A stretch of 64,000 nucleotides of DNA from a virus. Made by a program: the position numbers and the translations under genes. Of the stretch, positions 1 to 9,496 are shown in pieces. Position 1 is the first letter of the stretch. Every line of letters starts with the position of its first letter. The DNA is taken from positions 1-64,000 of IMG/VR virus record IMGVR_UViG_3300028569_002824; one strand, 5' to 3'. Below the pieces are notes generated by a model. It did no database searches, was not told where the DNA came from, and saw only the letters and a list, made by a program, of their open reading frames with translations.

Positions 1-262
1 CCTACAGTCACTCCAACAGAGACTCCAACACCAACAGAGACTCCAACACCAACAGAGACTCCTACAGTCACTCCAACTGAGACTCCTACACCAACAGTTA
101 CACCAACAGAGACTCCTACTCCAACAGAGACTCCTACAGTCACTCCAACAGAGACTCCAACACCAACAGAGACTCCAACACCAACAGAGACTCCTACAGT
201 CACTCCAACTGAGACTCCTACACCAACAGTTACACCAACAGAGACTCCTACTCCAACTCCTA
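1..262 (+). repeat. Coding tandem repeat of ccaacagagact-type units with a higher-order 132-bp duplication
   Basis: cctacagtcactccaacagagact starts at 1 and again at 133; ~120 bp of identity at period 132. Confidence 0.85.
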
Positions 263-273
263 CCTCACCGTAA
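1..273 (+). CDS. 3' end of a protein with a Pro/Thr/Glu-rich ([14 protein letters not shown])n tail, probably a virion or surface protein linker
   Basis: Frame 1 reads [14 protein letters not shown]...PTSP, stop TAA at 271-273; open at the window edge. Confidence 0.75.
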   Translation, partial: PTVTPTETPTPTETPTPTETPTVTPTETPTPTVTPTETPTPTETPTVTPTETPTPTETPTPTETPTVTPTETPTPTVTPTETPTPTPTSP

Positions 274-302
274 TTTTAAAGCCGTTACTATTAAATAACA
301 TT

Positions 303-746
303 ATGAAACCTTCAGATTCCTACTTGCTAGAAAAAGCATATCTATCAATTAACCAAAAATTACCATCCGTCCCCTCTGATGATATAACGGAAACTGATGA
401 AGACGACGAGGATGGCGAAGATGGCGTTGAACAACCGGAAATTGACTCTGACTTTGGTTCTGGAGAATCTGATGATAAGATTTTACACATATCCTCAGCA
501 GGAATATCAAGTGCTGCTGAAACTCCAATGGGTCACGAAAGCGAAATAGAAGCACTTCAGTTGGGTGATGACTGTTGTGAAGAAGAAATTCATGATATGA
601 ATGTGGATAATTTAAATTCTATTCGTGAAAGTATAGCAAAAATTGCTGGAGTGTGTGTACAGGGCGGTTCACTTGAACCGTGGCAGCAACAAAAAATAGC
701 AATTGCTATGGATAATTTAGCTGAAGTTGCTAGAAGAATTCACTAA
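303..746 (+). CDS. Acidic hypothetical protein, likely late or virion-associated
   Basis: 147 aa; TAAATA at 292-297, 5 nt before the ATG. Confidence 0.7.
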   Translation: MKPSDSYLLEKAYLSINQKLPSVPSDDITETDEDDEDGEDGVEQPEIDSDFGSGESDDKILHISSAGISSAAETPMGHESEIEALQLGDDCCEEEIHDMNVDNLNSIRESIAKIAGVCVQGGSLEPWQQQKIAIAMDNLAEVARRIH

Positions 747-758
747 ATCTTTTTAGTT

Positions 759-1139
759 TTATTTAGAGTCCAAATTAAAGGCTTTAATTAGCACGTCCTC
801 CATTACTGAAAGTATAGACAAAAATAACTTACACGGCTTTTTGTTTACGGTCTTGTCGTTTAAAGCGTCAAGCAATCCGTCTGACAGACTATTCGTATAT
901 TCCTTTACAAATTGACGCGTGTCCCTTGCAATTTCGCTAAAAATCGAATCTGTGTATTCATCTAATCGAGAAATGTCGAATGATTCGGGGTTATCTGTAA
1001 CTGTACTTTCAAACTCATCCATGTAAAAATCTTCTCTTGACTGCTGAAATGATTCTACGTGACTAAACAGATTCGCACATATCTCGTCAATTGTAGTATG
1101 TTTGTTGTTGATTAATGAAATTGCTTCTTTTGTAGTCAT
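759..1139 (-). CDS. Hypothetical protein
   Basis: 126-aa ORF. Confidence 0.6.
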   Translation of the reverse strand: MTTKEAISLINNKHTTIDEICANLFSHVESFQQSREDFYMDEFESTVTDNPESFDISRLDEYTDSIFSEIARDTRQFVKEYTNSLSDGLLDALNDKTVNKKPCKLFLSILSVMEDVLIKAFNLDSK

Positions 1140-1242
1140 GTATAAGTACGGTTTAATTGATTGCTACAGACGTTACTTATAAAAAACCTGAGTTATTTTA
1201 TGCAAACCGTGTTTTATGACACGCAAAAAAAAGCAAAGTTAC

Positions 1243-1329
1243 CTAATAACCCATCAAATAAAAATATACAAGAGAAGCTACCAAGAAAATTACACCAGAC
1301 AGAATTAATTTTTTGTTATTTGTATCCAT
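1243..1329 (-). CDS. Putative 28-aa membrane peptide MDTNNKKLILSGVIFLVASLVYFYLMGY
   Basis: Manual translation; TAATTA at 1335-1340, 5 nt before the ATG; one hydrophobic segment. Confidence 0.4.
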   Translation of the reverse strand: MDTNNKKLILSGVIFLVASLVYFYLMGY

Positions 1330-1383
1330 ATACATAATTAGTTTAGGATATTTATACCAAAAAACCAATATTTTTAATATTAA

Positions 1384-2085
1384 CTAAGAATCTCTAGATT
1401 CCCAAATCTCATTAATCCCTAACAATCTGTGTACACAGTTATTAATTTCTTCGTTTCGAGAGGAGTGAAAGTGACCATAAAGATGTAGAGACGGCTGACA
1501 AACTTTAAATATTTCATCCATTACTGCTCGCTCGGTCGTGAGTTCTTCTAATAAATATGCGTCTTCTCCAGCCCAACTATAAACTATTTCGTTAAATCGT
1601 TGCGGAAAACACCAAGAAGGAGCAGTATGTGTCACTAAAACATCAACCTTGCGGAGTTTAGCTTCATTAAAATTTAACCCTTCTCCACTCCAATATGAAA
1701 CTCCTTCTTTTCTCATTGTTCTATCAATCGAAGTTGCTCCACCAATAAACTGAAACATCTTACTGTTGTGCTCCATTACAGTGTAGTCTTCAATTAATTC
1801 AAAGTTGCTTAAAGCAATTCTATTGTCTCCATTGTAGTAAGATGGGTCATCGTGATTCCCTCGAATTGACAGGAATTCAATGTTAAGCTTTTTAAACTTA
1901 TCGTTTAAAGAATTTATATCATTAATTTGTTGCGGTTTTGGTGTAAACCCTACTCCCGAATCTCCTACGCTAATCAAATAACAGTTTTCCAACTTTCCTC
2001 TATTAATAAACCAAAACATTTGCTTCCAATCACCGTGGTGATCTCCAATATACAATATAGGTTTATTTTTATTTAAAGTTTTCAT
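1384..2085 (-). CDS. Calcineurin-like metallophosphoesterase
   Basis: Motifs GDHHG, VGD, RGNHD, THTAP, GHFH. Confidence 0.9.
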   Translation of the reverse strand: MKTLNKNKPILYIGDHHGDWKQMFWFINRGKLENCYLISVGDSGVGFTPKPQQINDINSLNDKFKKLNIEFLSIRGNHDDPSYYNGDNRIALSNFELIEDYTVMEHNSKMFQFIGGATSIDRTMRKEGVSYWSGEGLNFNEAKLRKVDVLVTHTAPSWCFPQRFNEIVYSWAGEDAYLLEELTTERAVMDEIFKVCQPSLHLYGHFHSSRNEEINNCVHRLLGINEIWESRDS

Positions 2086-2107
2086 GAATCTTTACTCCAT
2101 TATAATT

Positions 2108-2233
2108 TCAGTATGATTTAATTTTAATCGAACTAATTAAGGACAGCATAATACACCCAATAAATAGAAACATCAACACGAAAACCCACGTAGCACCAAC
2201 TACAAACTGCTTAATTTTTTTAGACAAGCTCAT
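2108..2233 (-). CDS. Putative 41-aa membrane peptide MSLSKKIKQFVVGATWVFVLMFLFIGCIMLSLISSIKIKSY
   Basis: Manual translation; fills the gap; TAAATA (minus strand, 2239-2244) 5 nt upstream. Confidence 0.5.
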   Translation of the reverse strand: MSLSKKIKQFVVGATWVFVLMFLFIGCIMLSLISSIKIKSY

Positions 2234-2249
2234 TTCTCTATTTATTTCA

Positions 2250-2831
2250 TCAATGCAAAAACCAATTCCAGTCAGGATTTTTCTCTGTGTTCTTAATAAA
2301 GAACGATACAGGCATTGTTTTTGGTTTAACAGGTTTTCTAATTAACGTGAGTCCTGCTTGTTCTGGGGTTTTATCACTTTTTTTGTCGTTTACTTCCCTG
2401 CATGCTATTACACAGTTTTCCCAAGTAGTTTTTCCACCCAAACTTCTTGGAATAATATGATCAATGTTTCCGGTTGTCTTGTTTACTTTTACACCAGTAT
2501 ACTGGCATGTAAAATTGTCTCTTTCCCATAAATTGTTTTGAGTTAACTTGACAGCTTGTTTTGGAATTTTGTCGTAAAAGCACAATACGATAATATTGGG
2601 AATTTTGATTTTATTATTAACCGTGCTGATTGTAATATCGTTGTTTAATAATTTGACGTTCTTCCATTCATTCCATTCGAGCGCGTTAATTTTGCCGTCT
2701 TCTAATAAAATTCCCTTTGCTTGACCTGCAAACATCAAAGATAAAGCGTGTCCAGCTATTGAAGTATTAATTGCTTGCCAGTTTTTATTCAACACCAGCA
2801 CTCTTTTTTGTAAAATGCTGCTAGTCGACAT
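2250..2831 (-). CDS. HNH endonuclease (McrA-like)
   Basis: RDNFTCQY, IDHIIPRSLGG, WENCVIAC. Confidence 0.9.
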   Translation of the reverse strand: MSTSSILQKRVLVLNKNWQAINTSIAGHALSLMFAGQAKGILLEDGKINALEWNEWKNVKLLNNDITISTVNNKIKIPNIIVLCFYDKIPKQAVKLTQNNLWERDNFTCQYTGVKVNKTTGNIDHIIPRSLGGKTTWENCVIACREVNDKKSDKTPEQAGLTLIRKPVKPKTMPVSFFIKNTEKNPDWNWFLH

Positions 2832-3510
2832 TTAATTGAAAGGGGGTTGGTTGAGACGCTGCTTTATCGTATGTAAGAGTGTCTCTACGTCCCAAATTAG
2901 ATTTGAGGTCAGCCAACGTTAAAGGAAAAGGAGCTCTTTCCACCCCTATATCTAGAGTTTTAGTTTTATATATCATTTGTCCGATTTCGCTAGAATGTAA
3001 ATTTCCATGACAATGCCCGTGAAGCATCCATGCCCCCTTTGATTGCCCGTTAAATGAAGCAAGAGGGTAGTGACTAGCAACGATTGGTTGACCATTGGCA
3101 ATGATTTCAACATAATTTGGAATAAAAATTACCTTTTTGTGTTCATCTACATCCCAAATGTTGCCTCTCAACTCTTCAAATATGTGTCTCCATCCTGAAT
3201 GATGGTTACCTGACATCACGTAGAGAATATTAAATGACATTCTTTTAATAATTTCTTTAAACCGTTCTGTAGCAGAATGTCCAAAAATAAAATCTCCTAA
3301 GTGAAATGCTGTAGAATTTATTGAATTCTTTTCGTTCCACCTACAAATAAGTTCTTCGTCGTGTTCTTCAACAGATTCAAACCCTCTCATTTTCCACAAT
3401 GGAGTTTCCCAATGATAACATGCGTGTCCAAAGTGCGTGTCTGACCAAAAACAAATATCTTGGTCGTGCTTAGATTGAATAATGATTGGTTTAAAGAATA
3501 AAAACTTCAT
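2821..3510 (-). CDS. Metallophosphoesterase
   Basis: SDTHFGH, LGDF, GNH, HYP, HGHCH. Confidence 0.9.
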   Translation of the reverse strand: MKFLFFKPIIIQSKHDQDICFWSDTHFGHACYHWETPLWKMRGFESVEEHDEELICRWNEKNSINSTAFHLGDFIFGHSATERFKEIIKRMSFNILYVMSGNHHSGWRHIFEELRGNIWDVDEHKKVIFIPNYVEIIANGQPIVASHYPLASFNGQSKGAWMLHGHCHGNLHSSEIGQMIYKTKTLDIGVERAPFPLTLADLKSNLGRRDTLTYDKAASQPTPFQLNVD

Positions 3511-3540
3511 TAAAAAATCTTACGACATCAAATCAACAAA

Positions 3541-4380
3541 TCAAGGATGATTTCCGACTAAATCAACATACAGCGCGGCAAGTTTTTCTTTAAGTTTTTT
3601 CCAGTGATATTCAGATTTACTGATTGCTTGTATAAAGTCTGCATGAGTGGAAAAAAAGTATGGAAGAGGAAGTTCTTTATATTGAGTATATGATGGAGCG
3701 TCCGCTTTAATAAAAAGTCTAAATTCTAGTAAAAATTTTGCTAACTTTATTTCTAATATCTTTTTGCTCTCTGGCATTAATGTTTTTTCTATGTCTGTTT
3801 TCTTTTTATTGTATTCTTCTTTAATTCTAAACGCAAGCTCGGTTAGATGTGCATCAAACTCTATTGGTTCTAAAAAATATACATGCGGTTTAAACGGTTT
3901 GCCTTTAGCAATTTTTTTCGCCTCCTTTTTATATTCTTCTGATGAGTCCTTGTATTCTTGCATCCCATGAGTAAGTTCGTGATAAATAACAGATCCTAAC
4001 TCAATTTCTGATAACTGTTTAACGTTGTCGTTGTATATAACCATTAAATTGTTGACATCATCGTAAAATGCTAACGATGTTTCTGATCCACCATAAGCTA
4101 CGAGTATATTAACCTTAACTGGTTTTTTTGAGGCTAGATCAGTAAATTTAATTTTAGATAAATTTGCAATTTTTGTTATTCCTTCCTCTTTGAAATAATC
4201 TACTAGTGTAGGATCATCAGCAACGTTTTTTAATAATAATTTAGTAGTACTGTCTACTTTTTTGTAAACAGCGTTGTAAGTTAATACAATCTTGTATATG
4301 CTGCTTATTAAGGATGTGTCAATCTCTCTGAATTTTGATTCTGATAAAGATTGTTTAAAATAGTTTAAAAAATTGTCCAT
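3541..4380 (-). CDS. Putative zincin-like (HExxH) protein
   Basis: HELTH followed by EPIEFDAH. Confidence 0.55.
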   Translation of the reverse strand: MDNFLNYFKQSLSESKFREIDTSLISSIYKIVLTYNAVYKKVDSTTKLLLKNVADDPTLVDYFKEEGITKIANLSKIKFTDLASKKPVKVNILVAYGGSETSLAFYDDVNNLMVIYNDNVKQLSEIELGSVIYHELTHGMQEYKDSSEEYKKEAKKIAKGKPFKPHVYFLEPIEFDAHLTELAFRIKEEYNKKKTDIEKTLMPESKKILEIKLAKFLLEFRLFIKADAPSYTQYKELPLPYFFSTHADFIQAISKSEYHWKKLKEKLAALYVDLVGNHP

Positions 4381-4492
4381 TTAGAATAATTATCTATTAT
4401 GTATCATAAACACACCGATAAAGATTGTTTAAAATAGTTTAAAAAATTGTCCATTTAGAATAATTAACCATTATGTATCATAAACACACCGA
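4343..4492. repeat. 74-bp tandem duplication spanning a divergent promoter and both start codons
   Basis: gataaagattgtttaaaatag...taaacacacc starts at 4343 and 4417; copies differ at tatctatt versus taaccatt. Confidence 0.9.
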
Positions 4493-6263
4493 CAAAGACA
4501 TCTTTTCTGTCTATAAACATAAAATTTTAACCAAGACTGAATCTATTATGATATCAGAAGCTGCAGAAGATGAGCGAAGCAAATCGAACATGATGAGTGA
4601 AGCGTTGTTTAAAGAGTTTGACTTTCGTTTGACTCGATGTAAAACAATATTATATAGAGATTACCCGTGGTTTGGAATTATGTTGGCAAAGTTAAAAACT
4701 GTACCGACAACTAGTGTTGTTACAATGGCTGTAGATAACCATGGCAATATTTACATGAATCCAAAGTTCACTATGAGTATGTCAGAAGATGAGACGGTTG
4801 GGGTTTTAGCTCATGAATGTTTGCATATTATGACTTTGTCGTTTTTTAGACAAAATGGAAGAGACATGGGGCAGTGGAATATAGCAACAGATTTCGTTAT
4901 GAATAAAGATATTGTTGAAATGAATATGTCTCTGCCTGCTGGAGGATTAATTCCTGAAAAGAGGGGCAGTCAAACGTTTGCTGTGTTAAAGGACCCAGCT
5001 ACAGGCCAACTTGTGTTTGAAGTAGACATTACAGACATGAGTGCAGAGGGGTTATATGACGAGATGCAAAAAGCAATGGATGCTGATAAGAAAAAACAAA
5101 AGAAAAACGGCAAAGGAGGAGATGGAAAAAAAACTTTTGCGGTTGATGACAGAGTTCAATCCAGAAAAGATGGCAGGAACGGAACCATAACTAAAGTAAC
5201 AGGAAGCCAACCTGGCAAACAAACTCTTGAGATCGATTGGGATGATGATCTTAAAACTGAAGCAAAGGAGTCTGGAATTTCTTCGTCTGACGTCATGCCA
5301 CTATTGTCCGGAAAGGTTAAGCTAGGTAAAGGTGGCTCAGGCGGAAAAGAAGGGGAAGATTTTGCATTGGATAAAGACGCTGAAGTAGAATTCGAGGACG
5401 AAGAGGAATCTAAACCGACACCAGGAGATGGAGGAGTTAAAATAAAGGGTAGTTTGTCAGACATAATAGATAAAATTGCTAAACAGCGAGATAAATTTGA
5501 TCAACACATTACAGATGGAGACCCAATGCCGGTCCCTATGGATACACCAACAGATGATCCTGATTACAAGCCAGATATAGATAAAAATTCAGCTTCTAAA
5601 TTAAAAGACAAGGTTCAATCTACTCTTACCGCAATAGCTTCCAGAGGACTATGGAAAGGTGGTCCTAGATCACTATCTAAAAAGGTGTTTGAAACTAAAA
5701 CTAATTGGAAGCAATTACTTAGAAATTTCGTAAGCGGAATGGAAAAAACCAAGTCTACTTGGATGAGGCCAAAAAAACGCGCTTTTGCTGCAGGATATTA
5801 TGCTCCTGGAACTAGAAATGAATCTACTAAAATTGAAACCATAGTAGCGTTAGATACCAGTGGGTCTATTTCGGAAAACGTCATAGCGTTATTCATTTCA
5901 GAGTTATTAAACATTGTAAAAGCCTATCCCAAAGTAAAAATGAAGGTTATATTATGGCATACTGACGTATATGGAGATATTGATATAGATTCAACAAAAG
6001 CAAGTTCACAACAAATAATGCATGCTTTACAAAGCTTGCCTTATGAAGGAGGAGGAACTACTTTGTCATCAGTTGCACAATATCTCAAGAGAAAATATCC
6101 AGTTAAAAAGTTTGAAGGGTTTATTGTTTTTACAGACGGGCACATAGAACCCACTCCAGAAATGCCTCCAGTAAAGAACAAATTGTTCTTAATAGTAGAA
6201 AAAGGGTCAAAGTCCCCTCTCGATAAATACGGTCTAGTTCACGAAATTGACGTATACCATTAA
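4473..6263 (+). CDS. VWA-like protein with an N-terminal HExxH metallopeptidase domain (DUF2201 type)
   Basis: TMAVD...GVLAHECLH...WNIATD; MIDAS-like LDTSGS; GGGT; VFTDG. Confidence 0.85.
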   Translation: MYHKHTDKDIFSVYKHKILTKTESIMISEAAEDERSKSNMMSEALFKEFDFRLTRCKTILYRDYPWFGIMLAKLKTVPTTSVVTMAVDNHGNIYMNPKFTMSMSEDETVGVLAHECLHIMTLSFFRQNGRDMGQWNIATDFVMNKDIVEMNMSLPAGGLIPEKRGSQTFAVLKDPATGQLVFEVDITDMSAEGLYDEMQKAMDADKKKQKKNGKGGDGKKTFAVDDRVQSRKDGRNGTITKVTGSQPGKQTLEIDWDDDLKTEAKESGISSSDVMPLLSGKVKLGKGGSGGKEGEDFALDKDAEVEFEDEEESKPTPGDGGVKIKGSLSDIIDKIAKQRDKFDQHITDGDPMPVPMDTPTDDPDYKPDIDKNSASKLKDKVQSTLTAIASRGLWKGGPRSLSKKVFETKTNWKQLLRNFVSGMEKTKSTWMRPKKRAFAAGYYAPGTRNESTKIETIVALDTSGSISENVIALFISELLNIVKAYPKVKMKVILWHTDVYGDIDIDSTKASSQQIMHALQSLPYEGGGTTLSSVAQYLKRKYPVKKFEGFIVFTDGHIEPTPEMPPVKNKLFLIVEKGSKSPLDKYGLVHEIDVYH

Positions 6264-6293
6264 AAAAAACACAATAATTAATTAAATAACCGT

Positions 6294-7757
6294 ATGGAAT
6301 TAAAAAACGTAAAAAAGGGAAATTTCACAAAATTGTATAAAGATATACTGATGTCTGAAGCTTCTAAACGAGATCAAATTGCAGATGACATGGTGCAAGG
6401 AGTTACTGATACTGTCGGAGAGCTGAACGATGAAATCGATCCAGCATACCAAGACATGGAATGGGATGACAGTACAGTTGTAGAAACTGACGAGAAAACA
6501 ACACTGCCTACATGGGACTATATGAGAATGCATGATTTTATATCTCTTTCTTATAGAACTAAACAGCCCCTATTAATTTACGGAGATCCCGGTATTGGTA
6601 AAAGCCAGATGGTTCAGTCGTTTGTAAAAAGCCTTGGGACAGCAAAAGGCAAAGAATCGGTTGATTGGGATGAACTCTCACAAGAAAAACAAAGAGAAGT
6701 TATTAAAGATCCGTCAAAATATTTCTTATATGTTGACGTAAGAGCAGATTCGCTTGATCCGACTGATTTAGCAGGTATTCCTAGCATGGCAAATAAAGAA
6801 GAGTGGTTAGAAACTCAAATGCCCAAGTGGTTGTATGTTATGGCCCAACCAAAAGCTGACGGAATTCTCTTTTTGGATGAATGCAACAACGCTTCTGATG
6901 CAATGATCAAGGCGTTATATAAAATTGTTGATAAAAAAGTGGGAAATATTAAATTGTCTGACGACTTTGGAGTAATTGCTGCTGGAAACCTCGGAGCTGA
7001 ATTCGGTGGGAACCCGTTACCGTTTGCGTTCACTAATAGATTTGATCAAGGAATATTAATTGCTGATGCTGAGCAGTGGCTTGATTATGCTGAGAAAGTA
7101 GGAGTAGACAAGCGCATAATCGCATTTATTAAGTCTCATCCGGAAGAAAATTTCAATCCGAAACCAACTGGTGGGTTCGGAGCGGCTGACACGCATAAAC
7201 AATGGGCTTCACCAAGAGCTATAATGAACTTGTCTAGAAAAATTAAAGAATTAGATCAACATTATGCAGAAGCTAAAGCTCAAGGACAACCAATATCAAC
7301 TCCAAAGATAGTAGCAATTAAACAAAGTGCTGCTGGAATGTGTGGTGATACGTGGGCTAGAGGATTTGATGCGTTCATGAAGCATTTCAAATCATTTGAT
7401 TATGCGACAATTGTAGCTTCTGCTGAAGACAACTCGCTACTAAGTACTGATAGAGATAAATTACATGCGTTGTTGATGTTTGTGTTAGCAAAGTTAAAAC
7501 CCGTATTAGCTCGAGCTGAAAAGACAGAAGCTCTTTCAGAGGCTGATCAAGGAGTTTTGATTGGAATTGCAAAAATCACAAATGCATTTAAAGATGAGTG
7601 GAAAACAAACTTGTTCTCACATTTCAAAAAAGATTTCTCAGTTGAACAACTTGACAAAATGATGACTTTCTTGATAAAAGGTGATTACGACGCAACAGTC
7701 AAAAAAACATTTTTAGAAGATTCACTACCAAGAATTAAACGAGTATTAAAAAGATAA
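6294..7757 (+). CDS. MoxR-like AAA+ ATPase
   Basis: Walker A GDPGIGKS, Walker B ILFLDE, IAAGN, NRF, SPR; next to the VWA gene. Confidence 0.85.
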   Translation: MELKNVKKGNFTKLYKDILMSEASKRDQIADDMVQGVTDTVGELNDEIDPAYQDMEWDDSTVVETDEKTTLPTWDYMRMHDFISLSYRTKQPLLIYGDPGIGKSQMVQSFVKSLGTAKGKESVDWDELSQEKQREVIKDPSKYFLYVDVRADSLDPTDLAGIPSMANKEEWLETQMPKWLYVMAQPKADGILFLDECNNASDAMIKALYKIVDKKVGNIKLSDDFGVIAAGNLGAEFGGNPLPFAFTNRFDQGILIADAEQWLDYAEKVGVDKRIIAFIKSHPEENFNPKPTGGFGAADTHKQWASPRAIMNLSRKIKELDQHYAEAKAQGQPISTPKIVAIKQSAAGMCGDTWARGFDAFMKHFKSFDYATIVASAEDNSLLSTDRDKLHALLMFVLAKLKPVLARAEKTEALSEADQGVLIGIAKITNAFKDEWKTNLFSHFKKDFSVEQLDKMMTFLIKGDYDATVKKTFLEDSLPRIKRVLKR

Positions 7758-7760
7758 ATT

Positions 7761-8255
7761 ATGAAAGAATATAGAAAAGCCAGAGAATTAGCTGAAGTTT
7801 ATGTATTTGGAAACAAAAATAAATTAACATCAGAAGATTTAAAAACAATTAAACAATCTCCATTTTCTGACGTAATAGTAGAAAATATTGAATCCTCGTT
7901 TCTTCAAATGGTTGAAGCACAATTAAAAAAAGTAAATGAGCAAAGCTTGCCTGTTGAAAAAGATGAATCCAAGGCACCAACCACCTCGATGTCTACTCAA
8001 AGAAATAATAGATTTTACAGTGGTGTATCAAGAGAAGAAATCATTGAGCTTATCAGAGCAATCGAAGAAAAGTTCGAATTAGGTGTTCCTTACAATTATT
8101 CCAAATTAAATGGAGAGGAACTAAAAGAATTCGTTAAAACATACTCTCAGCGGCATATATTTGATGAGGCTACGTTATCATTAGTTCTCAGAATAGCAGA
8201 AAAACAGCACCCAGAAGAAATTATGGGTGGATTACGAGTTAATATTGGACGTTAA
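7761..8255 (+). CDS. Hypothetical protein co-transcribed with the MoxR/VWA genes
   Basis: Starts 3 nt after the ATPase stop. Confidence 0.65.
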   Translation: MKEYRKARELAEVYVFGNKNKLTSEDLKTIKQSPFSDVIVENIESSFLQMVEAQLKKVNEQSLPVEKDESKAPTTSMSTQRNNRFYSGVSREEIIELIRAIEEKFELGVPYNYSKLNGEELKEFVKTYSQRHIFDEATLSLVLRIAEKQHPEEIMGGLRVNIGR

Positions 8256-8271
8256 CTCGTAATTAGACTAT

Positions 8272-8700
8272 TTAAGATTCTATTTGTTTGCATTCGATTC
8301 CATTAAAATCGAATATATCGAGCGCTTTCTCATCTCTGTGATACACGTCTCTGTATATAACCTTTTTAATTCCATACGAAGAGATCATAGCAGCACAACT
8401 TGAGCACGGCAACAACGTGCAAGCCAATACACCGCATTCTCCTCGCTTAATTAATGACAATAAGTTTACCTCAGCGTGAACTATATACGGTCTGCGGCCA
8501 TCTCGGTTTTTCCAGAACTCTTCTGAGCCAGTAACACCACTAGGTAATCCATTATAAGCTACTCCAATTACTCTATTAGAATGATCTAAAGCACACGCTC
8601 CAACTTTAACAAACGGATCTTCACTCCGCAAAGCCCCAACTTCAGCAATCCGTAACGCATACTCATCCCAAGAAATTCTATTACAACTCTTCGTCGTCAT
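8272..8700 (-). CDS. dCMP deaminase
   Basis: RSED..KVGA, HAEVN, PCSSC. Confidence 0.9.
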   Translation of the reverse strand: MTTKSCNRISWDEYALRIAEVGALRSEDPFVKVGACALDHSNRVIGVAYNGLPSGVTGSEEFWKNRDGRRPYIVHAEVNLLSLIKRGECGVLACTLLPCSSCAAMISSYGIKKVIYRDVYHRDEKALDIFDFNGIECKQIES

Positions 8701-8959
8701 CAGGATACTTGATTGTTACATCATAGTCAAACCGTTCTTTCATAAGAACGGTTAGTGCTTCATTAAATCTTTCTTCAAAAAGAATTTGATGATTATCAGG
8801 AACTGTTCTCATCACGGTTTCAAACAAAACAGTAACAAATGAAGCCAACACTGCTGGGCAAATACTACATTCGTCTAAGACTTTTACGGCCGGATCGCTT
8901 TCGTTGAAAAATCCTAGCTCAAATAGCGGTTGATAATTTTTAAAAGAATTAGTCGACAT
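8681..8959 (-). CDS. Hypothetical protein
   Basis: Overlapping-operon ORF. Confidence 0.6.
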   Translation of the reverse strand: MSTNSFKNYQPLFELGFFNESDPAVKVLDECSICPAVLASFVTVLFETVMRTVPDNHQILFEERFNEALTVLMKERFDYDVTIKYPDDDEEL

Positions 8960-9230
8960 TATTATGATTTAAATACTGTTCAAGAATATCTACTACGACA
9001 TCATTAACAGAAATGTCTTTATTAATAGACTCTTCAATTAACCACACCAGTAATTCTTTTGGCCATTCAGATATGTCAAAATCAACACTAACGTATTTAG
9101 TTAAAATAATTGAATCTCCGTCTGGTTTCCAGGAAAACTTGTCTCCAGGCTTGATATCAAGCTGTGCTAGCTCATCTTCAGTGAACTGAATAAAACACTC
9201 TTCTGATCGCTGTACGGTTTTTTTAATCAT
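8949..9230 (-). CDS. AbrB/MazE-like DNA-binding protein
   Basis: FIQFTEDELAQLDIKPGDKFSW..IILTK swapped-hairpin pattern. Confidence 0.55.
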   Translation of the reverse strand: MIKKTVQRSEECFIQFTEDELAQLDIKPGDKFSWKPDGDSIILTKYVSVDFDISEWPKELLVWLIEESINKDISVNDVVVDILEQYLNHNNVD

Positions 9231-9441
9231 GGCTTTCTACAATTCCAATCCTTTCATTTGAGTTTAATCTAAATCCACAAGCTAACAAAAAATTTTCGAA
9301 CGATTGGCATATTTCGCTTATGCCAATCTCTGCATCAATTTCATAATCAAGTTTGGTTTCCGGAGAGCAAACAGTTTCACAAGAAACCCCTTCGTGGTAA
9401 TAGGAGAACTTAATGTAAGACTCGGGGCGAGTGGGTGTCAT
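9223..9441 (-). CDS. Hypothetical protein
   Basis: Preceded by TTGAAC-N16-TATTAT-N6-ATG. Confidence 0.6.
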   Translation of the reverse strand: MTPTRPESYIKFSYYHEGVSCETVCSPETKLDYEIDAEIGISEICQSFENFLLACGFRLNSNERIGIVESHD

Positions 9442-9496
9442 GACAATATAATATAGGAATGTTTCTTTTGTTCAACTAAAATGTATCACTAATACC

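Noticed and set aside
1-262. Possible CRISPR array
   Set aside because: The units are codon-phased with no unique spacers; it is a coding Pro/Thr repeat.
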